Source: Octopus vulgaris (lineage: Eukaryota). Taken from it: DNA of 64,000 nucleotides. Both the position numbers and the translations under genes were made by a program. The stretch lies in NCBI GenBank assembly GCA_951406725.2, contig OX597824.1, forward strand, positions 43,276,001 through 43,340,000, read 5' to 3'. This document shows, piece after piece, positions 54,500 to 64,000 of the stretch (positions within the stretch are counted from its first letter, which is position 1; the number at the start of each line of letters is the position of its first letter). Below the pieces are notes generated by a model. That model was not told the DNA's origin, made no database searches, and saw only the letters and a list, made by a program, of their open reading frames with translations.

Positions 54500-54899
54500 G
54501 TGTGTGTGTGTGCTCACGCGTGTTTGTGTGTGTCAAAATTAGTGTTAAAGGAATCAACTCATATAGACCAATAACATACTTTATGTAATTAAGTATAATA
54601 ATGCTCTAAATGTTGGTAACCAAAACATTTTCAGTGAATAGAAATTTGCACACAGAAATATTTTACACGTGAACAAACGACACACCTCCTTTGTATTTAA
54701 CACACACACACATACACACACACATACATATATATATATACATACATATTCATATACATACATACATACATACATACATACATACATACATACATACATA
54801 CATACATACATACATACATACATACATACGTTTATATATTTGTTTTGCAAGATTCCTGATATGAATTCGTGTGTTGAAACAGATATTGTTGTATTTGGG

Positions 54900-57660
54900 G
54901 ATGGTCATGTTGCCAGTTTGGATAATAAACACCACACGCACTTGCTTCAGCTTTATTTTATATTCATCGCATTTCGGCCAGAGTTCTTTCGTCACGCTTC
55001 TGTGACCTCATCAGTGGTCCTTTGCTTTCTTCTTTCTTTTTTGTGTGTCTTTTCTTACTAATGATCAGCCATTTTGTATTCCTATTGTGTCTTTATTCGC
55101 GAATGCGTATAACCCTGTGTGCCTATGCTTAGTGTGTGGGGGGATGTGCTTGTATTATCAGTATCTCCTGTTTATACACGTTCGTGTAATTTGTCTTTAT
55201 TTATTTTGCACATTTGTTTTTCTTTTCTTTCTTTTTTGTTTCTTTTTTTTATTCAATTCAATTTATTTTATTTTGTTAATGTATATAGTTATTTAATTCC
55301 ATTCATTTATCTGTGTATTGTATTATATTATATTCATATTGTTATCAGTTTATGGGGATCTTATTCTGTCATAGGTTGTGGTGTGGTGGGGTGTGTGCTA
55401 GTGTTGCATTCTAGTTTCCTATTCAGGCTAGGTTTATCTTCTATTATGTGTGTAGCTTCTGTAAATTGTCTGAGCGTTGCGTCTGTTCTATGTGTGGACT
55501 AGATTTTAACTTCTATGTTGTTGAGCGAGTCCCCGTGTTCCTGCTCGGCGGGCTGGTACAGAACCGATGAACTCTTCTCTTCCTTAAGTTCCCTCCGATG
55601 GTCATTTACCCGCTCTCCTATGCTCTGTGCTGTTTCCTCTACGCCTACGTACGTCGTTGTCTTGTTACTGCACCGTCCCTCTGTACATCTTATACTATAG
55701 ACTGCATCCCTGGCTTTACACCTACTAAAAAGGTTCTACCGATTAGGGATTTGATAGGGTTGCCTGGCCTTTCTACAACTTTAATTCTTAGCTTAAGTTT
55801 GTTTAGGGCCATTCTGAAGCGGTACGCCAGTTCGCCTCTTAGGGTGGTGTCGACGAACATGACACTGTGGTATTTGTGGTTATCATGCCATGAGTTGGCC
55901 TTCCTTTTTTCTTCTCAGTCTTTTCAATGGTGTTCCATGACTTGCTCCTATAGAATGGGCAAATCCCATTCCGATCGTTATGTATGATAGTTTCAAATTT
56001 CCTCATAGCTCCTTTATATACTCTGATCCTTTCTGTTTGGCTGTATCCTGAGAACTGCATGCTTTGAACGAAATGATGTATGTGTCTCTGTAACTCCGTA
56101 GGGTCGCACATGCATGACACATTTCTCACTACTCTGATGAGGTCTTCTATCAATATATTGAATTTGGCATTGTTCGCGATACTGAGTTCCGGTGGATCAG
56201 GTATTTGGAGGTCATAGGTTTGGCATAGTGTGAATGAAGGATTCGGGTTTTAATATTCACAGTTTCCAGCCAGAGTTCTGTATCTAGTACTGGTAGTCTA
56301 TGGCTGGAGTGTTTCTTTCGAAGGGTAGTCTATCGTAACCTTAATACTCTAGCGGATAGAGTTAGCTATTTGATGGATGCTCTCCACAGTATTAGTTTCT
56401 ATTTCTATTTCAAGAGTACTCTCTTGTGGGAGTACCTTTACCACTACCTTGATATCATTGACATAGCAGAGTACATGTTCATGAGTATGGAGTTCTGTAT
56501 CAGGCGTTCTTTAAGCCTTCTCTCCCACCATACCATGAAAAGTTTGGCCACATCACCAGTGATACTAACCCTGTTGGCTGTCCCCTCATCCTAGGCGTAT
56601 GCATTGTTGTTAAACTTAAACGTGTGGCCTTTTAGGGCAACTCTTATACTAGCTCCTAGTGCATGTGCGATCATTTTCTTTACTTGATATTCGTTTGCGG
56701 GAGTCCGTATGGTTCTGGTCCATCCGATCCATCTCTCTATAGGGGTCTTCCTAGCCATAGAAGTAATTGTGGGTGGTCTACCACTTACACATCTACTGGA
56801 GTAGAAACTTCTAAGGTAATGTTTGTCTATATATTCATTGTCATATGTCAGTCTAAGTAGGAGGCCCAGTTCCTCTATGTCGACATTGTGGAACTCCACT
56901 TCGCTCTCGTTGATCATCTCCATGCACTTCTCCACCGCAAAATCTACGTCGACAGATGGGTATAGGGATAGCACATGTATACTACCCACTACATCCTGTC
57001 AGGTCGCAGGTGTTGTTACAGTAGTTGATCCTGCTGAGGAGATGTTCCGTGCTGTCACAAACATCAGGTGACATCCGGCTTATGGGGTGTATGATCATTG
57101 AGAGGAAGTAGGAGATCCTGTAGTTGCTAGCGATATTCGCTCCACAGACTGACTGGTCTTGTTGGTGGTCCCGCCACAGGATCAGTGGTTACTTTGTGGT
57201 CCTTGCGGAATCCATACAGCTTCGGGATGTTGTTGTTCCAGGCTAGTAAATTGTTGGCTATGCGTTTATGTGGTCCAAGAACAATTGTCCACATCATCAT
57301 GTGAGCGTTGAGGACCTTTTCTCTCTCCTCATGCGCTCGCAAAGTTGTTACTTTCATATTGGCGATGTGAGGTTGCATTACCTGGATGTAGTTCAGCAAG
57401 CTGTCTATCGACATTCTGCCGGACTTATATGTGGGGAGGCATACCACCTCTCCGTTCATCCTGAGCTGCATGAGCTTAGGTAGGCAACACGGTATATTCC
57501 CGGGTTGTTGGGCATCTGTCTTATTTTTTATCTTAGTGTATAGTTCTAAAATCTGTCAAAGTTTGGTCCTAGGTATAGTGAATTGTGCTTCCATGTGATC
57601 ACTAGTATATCTTGTGATGCAGACCCTTTTGTTAAAGGGTAATGTTGTCGGGTAAATACT
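54900..57660 (-). mobile_element. Defective Penelope-like element: RT, GIY-YIG endonuclease and 3' hammerhead
   Basis: RT motifs IPKLYGFRKDHK..PPTRPV, GSIHVLSLYPS, FKFNN...G..S.TGDVAKLFM, LPVLD and LIRVVRNVS. GIY-YIG at 55720-55405: C..AVYSIRC..C...YVG..ET..SIGERVNDH...EATHI....PSLN. Multiple stops and frameshifts. Confidence 0.9.
54976..55019 (-). ncRNA. Hammerhead ribozyme in the PLE 3' region (pLTR)
   Basis: Minus strand reads gacca CTGATGA g gtcac agaagc gtgac GAAA G aa C TC tggcc. Confidence 0.85.
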
Positions 57661-57939
57661 GCTCATGTTGTACGATTTGTCACATATGTTGAAAAACTGG
57701 GTGTCAAGGGGGTGGGTATTGATGTTGTTGGCAATTCTAGGGTCATCTTCCTTACTACCACTACTACTACCACTAACGTCGTTACTGCTACCATCATCAA
57801 CTCTACTATTACTACCAGTAGTGGTAGTGGTAGTAGTAGCGGTAGTGAGGAAGATAACACCAGAAGGGCCGACGACATGAATACCCACCCGCTTGACTCT
57901 CAGTTTTTCAACATATGTGACAAATCTTACAACATGAGC
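57661..57939. repeat. Foldback (~115 bp arms) at the 5' end of the PLE
   Basis: GCTCATGTTGTACGATTTGTCACATATGTTGAAAAACTG pairs with CAGTTTTTCAACATATGTGACAAATCTTACAACATGAGC. Confidence 0.93.
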
Positions 57940-57999
57940 CGAAATACGATTAGCATAAAATAAAGCTGAAGCAAGTGAACACCATATATATGGGTACAG

Positions 58000-58522
<523 letters not shown>

Positions 58523-58752
58523 ATTGTGTGTATGTATGTGCGTGTGTGTGTGTATATATATTAATTAAAGGCAGTATAAACATATACATATGTATGCATT
58601 TATGTGTTTAACCATGTATATATGTATGTATATTCTTCGATCTGTCTCCTTTCTCTGAACAGGTGAACAGAGAGACTCATATATCCATATCAGAGCTTAT
58701 AACTGTACACACTGACATATACGTATATATGTGTGTGTATCTGTACGTATAA

Positions 58753-58825
<73 letters not shown>

Positions 58826-58912
58826 TGTGTAGGTAAATGTATGTGCATATATATGTGCATATGTATGCAGATACTTATGCTTAGATATGTGTGTTCATAC
58901 AGATCTAATATG

Positions 58913-58947
<35 letters not shown>

Positions 58948-58959
58948 AAATATGCATGC

Positions 58960-60010
58960 AAACTGCTGGATCAGGTCATGAAAGTTACAAAGAAAGTTAT
59001 TGCCCAATTAATTAAAAATAGAATTAAACTAGATGAGAAGCAGTTTGGCTTTGTGCCAGCAAAGCTACTGCAGATGCCATCTCCCTAGTAAGGCAGCTGG
59101 AGGAGAAGTATCTAGGCAAAAGTAAACCATAATACTTGCTTTCCTGAACCCGGAGAAATCTTTTGTCAGAGTAACTTGCCCTGTTATCTGGTACGAATTC
59201 GAGTTATAGAATCAAAACTAAAGGGCCTTAAATTTACTCTAGAGAAGACCAATGTTGTGAGCACGAAAACAGATAAGATTCTCTTTCCATCAAGTAAGCA
59301 GCCCTGCTCACTATGCAGGACAGGTGTTGGAAAGCACAGGCAATGAACATACAATAGGCAGAGTGGAATCACAGGTAGGTTAACAGAAAATTGTTTTTGT
59401 ATGTGCAGATGCACAAGAAAAATAAGTACCAAGAACACACAAGAATTAGATTTTCTCAAATGCCCAGGTGATTTCTGTGAGGTTGTAGATAGTTGCTGTT
59501 ACCTAAATTACCAAATTAGCAGTGGAGGAGGATGTTCTTATTCCAACAATAGGAATAGGGTGGAGGAAGTTCAAAGAGCTGTTAGTAACAAACCTCTCTC
59601 TGTAAGTGGATCTCAGGTTGTACGATGCTTGTGTACGAACAGGTAGGCTCCATGATAGTGAGGTGTGAGCCTTGAATACATAGGAAATGCGAAAACTGGA
59701 GGGGAATGAAACTAGTATGCTCCGATGGATATGTAACAACAGTGTACATGTATGGCAAAGTGCAAATATGCAGAGAGAAAAATTAGACATTAGATGAATT
59801 AGATGTTGAATGCAAGTGAGAATACTACCATTGTAGGGTCAGGTGATGCATATGAATGAAGGTGGCTGTATAAAAAAGTGCCAGTCACTTGAATCACACA
59901 CACATATGGAAGAGGGAAACCCAGGAAGATAAGGGCTGATTTCTAAATATTGACTTTAACGACGGAGATGAAAATGGATCAAGGTGTCTGGAGATATGAG
60001 TTGCTTTAGA
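58960..60010 (+). mobile_element. RTE-clade LINE RT fragment, internally deleted
   Basis: LLDQVMKV...LDEKQFGFVP..ADAISLVRQLEEKY...EKSFVRV, then MLRWICN and GRGKPRK. Confidence 0.85.
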
Positions 60011-60589
60011 AATCCTACTCATCTCAGCAAAGCTGAGTTCTAGAGGAAGCGCAGTGTGTTTTCACTCATAAGTAACATTAATTTACGCAGTCCACTGCAA
60101 TGAACCAAGCTACATCTCCATACCGTCCGTGTCTCTACCCCCACACTCCTGCAGTTCAAAGCCGCTCTGTCATCTTTCTTTCCTGTCCTACTCCTGCCAA
60201 TTGTGTCCTTACTCTCCTGTCGTTCCAATACATACCTGTGTTTCACCAGGCACTACATTCCCCCTCTCCTTCCTTTCTCGCCCTTTGCACACTCGTAAAC
60301 TCTCTTCTCACGCACCCTGTCCATTTCTCTACCACTCCACTTACATTCACTCCCTTCTCCCTTGAGGGTACGCCCTGATACATCGCCACCATCTCTCTCT
60401 CTCTCTCTCTCTTTAGCGCTCTCTCTTTTTCACTCTCTTTCAATCTCCTCCTCTGATTAGAGCAACCATGTATCTCCTCTACAGCAAGACACCTCTTTCT
60501 GTCCGTCTATCATAGTTTAACCTCTTGTCACTGGCACAAAACCAACACATTCACTACTACTCCCCCATTCATTTGAGAGATCATTATTT

Positions 60590-60808
60590 TGAAAGTTACT
60601 CGGTGACCTCGCTGGTGATGGTGCCACATGAAAAGCACCCAGTGCTCTATGTAAAGTGATTGGCGTTGGGAAGGGCATCCAGCCTTGGAAACCATGCTAG
60701 AAGATACAGTAAAGCTTTGCGCAGTCCTCTGGCTTGCCAAATCCTGTCAAATGGTCAAACCCATGCCAGCATGTAAGACAGGCGTTCAATGATGATGATG
60801 ATGATGAT
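60590..60808 (+). mobile_element. SINE-like fragment ending in (GAT)n
   Basis: GGTGCCACATGAAAAGCACCCAG..TGTAAAGTGATTGGCGTTGGGAAGGGCATCCAGCC..CCATGCCAGCATG followed by a GAT tail. Confidence 0.6.
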
Positions 60809-61849
60809 ACACACACATATATATATATATATATGTATACATACATACAGACACCTACAGACACAAGTATGCCTAAGAACTTTGAGATACAGATCAATAA
60901 CGATGTAACGATGTAAGTAGAATCTCCATTTTCCAACATGCCAACACTTGTTACAGTTCACATCCGCAGCAACAGTTTTTTTCTCTAACAACAACGTCGA
61001 CATCAACTACTGCTGCCTGTGCTGCTGCTACCACCACTACTACATCTGCTGCTACTGTTGCTACTTCTGCTGCTACTACTGCAACTATTACTACAATGAA
61101 AACAAACAATAATGATTTCTCAGATTGGCACAAAGCCAAAAACTTGAGTCAGTTGGATGTAGCCGGTCGCCCGTTCTCAGTACCGAACTGCTACTTCATC
61201 TAATCCACCCCAGTCGGATGCCTGTAGGAGTTCAACTCACAGATTCAATGTAACTAGCTACCTTATGTAATTCGGTCCGTGGAGATACCTGTTTTTGTCC
61301 ACTCACTGCCATACTACATGCAATCAATAATAATGGTTTCTAACATCGGTGCGGGACCACACATTTGGTAGGTAACTATACGCATGCAACCGTATGATGC
61401 TAATATCTATTTTAGCAAATCAAATGTAGGAAGGGGAGAACGTTTAAATCAGTTCCTGCTAGGATAATATTAATTTTATTTACAAAACCACAAAGCCACA
61501 GATTTATTGAAGATGAATAAAGAATCGATTTAATCGATTTCTGGTGCAAATTTCATCGACTCTAGACGAATATGGGTCACGGAGAATCCCAATAACGTTT
61601 GATTTGAGAATGAAACATAAATATCCTGGCACCTTTCTATTTCTGTCACTCCAACTTCTTAGTATAACTGGCAACAACAACAACAACAATAAAAATGACG
61701 ATGATGATGATGATTTCTTTGTTACATTGAGAAAAAACACTAAGGACGGCACAGAACAAAACACTGACTGTGTGCGTGTGTGTTTATGGATGTGCATGTG
61801 TGTTATTGTGAGGATTTTGCTTGCCAACTGGTTTAACAAAAGAAAGATA

Positions 61850-63100
61850 GTAATAACATTTTAACAATGAGCTTTCCTCAATAGGGAGCAGATCCTCGTG
61901 GAAAAACCCCATAAAACCACAGGTACTCTGACTTCTGGGGCAAGTGCTTTTCACAGTTCCTTATATCCGATTTACAGGCGTATTCACAAGGAAAGCTCGT
62001 TCACTCGCACCATTCTCACCACTCCTATGCACCTTTCAACAAAATGGCTAGAAGGCAACCCTTTCCACCCTTATTTTCCTCTTAAAGTGTCACTTGAAGA
62101 AGTTGATGAGGGATTAATCAAAAAGTAAAGTCTTTATCTCCACGGGTATTCCCTGATCGAAAATTCCTCAGGAACAACTAGCTAGGTCATTTCACTGACG
62201 TCCAGACATTCTCTGCAGCTAATCCTCGATAAATAGCTAGGGTGGAACATCCATCGATCTAGTTGCCCAACTTGGAGAGGGATGTGAGCGCCTGACAACA
62301 TTCTAGATCCCAGATGCCCAATCTTGGTATTGGCTTCATTCAGACCTACAGATCCAACATGGAGACGCGCAAGGGAAAGACATGCCGCACGAACGGTGCC
62401 CACACATGTTAACCGTCTAGGAATCGTTGCAGGTAGTGCAATTGCAGCATATGTCTGTGCACCAGCAGCCACAGTATGCCTAAGCCTCAGAGCAGCTGAT
62501 GGATTGCTTTACCATTGGAACACATTTCTTTCTCAAGAAATTGAGTGACAGACGTCTCAATTTGATCAGGAAGTTACTAACAAGGGCAAGGCATAGCCTT
62601 CAGACAGTATACAGAGTCGGAGATGGTGTTGTAAATTGTGAATAAGCTATGCTATCCCAAACGACTGAACTACACAATACTCTTTCTAGATATGCCCAGG
62701 ATGACCGTTTATAGTTTGCTCATATCCATATTTGCACTTTCAGGAAATCCACTCGGTACCTGTGACATAGTTGGAAATGTCTTCACAGGTTTTTAAGGCT
62801 ATTGTATACCCTTCTTCTATTGGCCTGCACTAAAGAGTACATCGAAGATACTGTTCCAATCTCTCACTGACACTAATGAGCAACTCGTTCCCAGGAAACA
62901 CTCCAGGAACTTAATGAAATCTTATTACCCGGCCCCAGGGCTGTAAACAGCTACTAGTCTGAAAAAAAAATAGTCTTCACTGCTGTTCAAGATCAGTACC
63001 ACAAATTTACCTTCTGAGTTTAAAAAGAGGATTCGTACTGCAAGAGCTAGTCATATATGAATTGACGCAGCAACTCCGCCTCCCAATCTCGGTTGATTTC
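61850..63100 (-). mobile_element. Decayed L1/Tx1-like LINE ORF2 remnant
   Basis: Minus strand has APE-like VRDWNSIFD and SSWAYLERVLC, then a post-RT GLGILWLLVHRHMLQLHYLQRFLD..WAPFVR segment. The RT core is missing. Confidence 0.5.
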
Positions 63101-63695
63101 AAGATAAATAGATCTCGTATCCACCGAAGACTCATGCGTCGGAGATTCTGGTCTTGCTGATTGCCACCACATATATGTGTGGGGACCTAAGGGAGAGGGT
63201 AACCCTACTTTTAAAGCGACCTCAAGCTACGTGCATTTACATCGCCTATTCTTAAAAAGGGTAACTTTGATAGAATGAAAAAAAAATGATATAGACCTAC
63301 TTACATTCCATTAATTGTGGAAGGGTGGAATCTTCCATCCCTCTGGTTAGTTGTGGGTGTTTTTGCGTGCATTCTTTCTATAGTCTTTTATTGATCTTCC
63401 CTTTGCAGACTCCTATTCTGTCGGGTTGTGTATTTTTATGGTGTTCGTGTAGTTTGGATACTCTTTATGTGTTGGTGTGTTATTTTTCTGGTGTGATGAA
63501 ATTGATTTCAGTAATGTTTGTGTGTTGAGGTATATGTTTCATTAAGTTTTTGCAATGTTAGTTATTTAATTTATAATGCTTCTTCGCTGTTGTTTTACGT
63601 TTGGATGTGAACGGAGTTTTGTTCGTGTTTGTAATGTTAGTTGTATTCCTGGTGTTATCACCACCTCTAAAACAACAAAGAAATCAAGAAGAATG

Positions 63696-63787
<92 letters not shown>

Positions 63788-63838
63788 GGTGGTGGTAGTG
63801 GTGGTGGTGGTGGTGGTGGTAGTAGTAGTAGTAGTAGT
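63696..63838. repeat. (GTA)n/(GTG)n microsatellite
   Basis: Read directly from the sequence. Confidence 0.97.
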
Positions 63839-64000
63839 GACTGTTGTTGTTTTTGTTTCTTCTAACATTAGCACGAAGACACATTCGATCATCTCGACTC
63901 CAGTTCTCAGCTGGCTCTTTATTTCATCGAGCTGGACCCAGCAGGGTTTTAACTGAAAACGTAAAAATGCAGCAAATAACGCCGAGAGTTTCTTTTTTTT

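Overview
AT-rich, microsatellite-saturated eukaryotic DNA with no recognisable host protein-coding gene. The SINE families and the repeat landscape point to an octopod cephalopod (Octopus-like); this is an inference. Nearly all ORF-track entries are microsatellite translations. The real content is decayed mobile DNA: tRNA-derived SINEs; R4/Dong-like, CR1/L2-group, RTE and Tx1/L1-like LINE fragments; mariner and Tc1 transposons; two Penelope-like elements (PLEs); and a ~2.4 kb tandem duplication. The standout signal, which the ORF track does not show, is at least 15 type I hammerhead ribozyme (HHR)-like motifs from many unrelated sequence families. Most lie in short non-coding elements that sit in (TA)n tracts. 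Several are long foldback palindromes with a hammerhead on each strand (34.3-34.7 kb, 46.4-46.9 kb, 28.7 kb). One sits at the 3' end of an RT+GIY-YIG PLE. One marks a filled site whose empty counterpart survives in the other copy of the tandem duplication. I read these as a PLE-derived, retrozyme-like, microsatellite-associated non-autonomous system. All folds and alignments were done by eye, and element boundaries are approximate.
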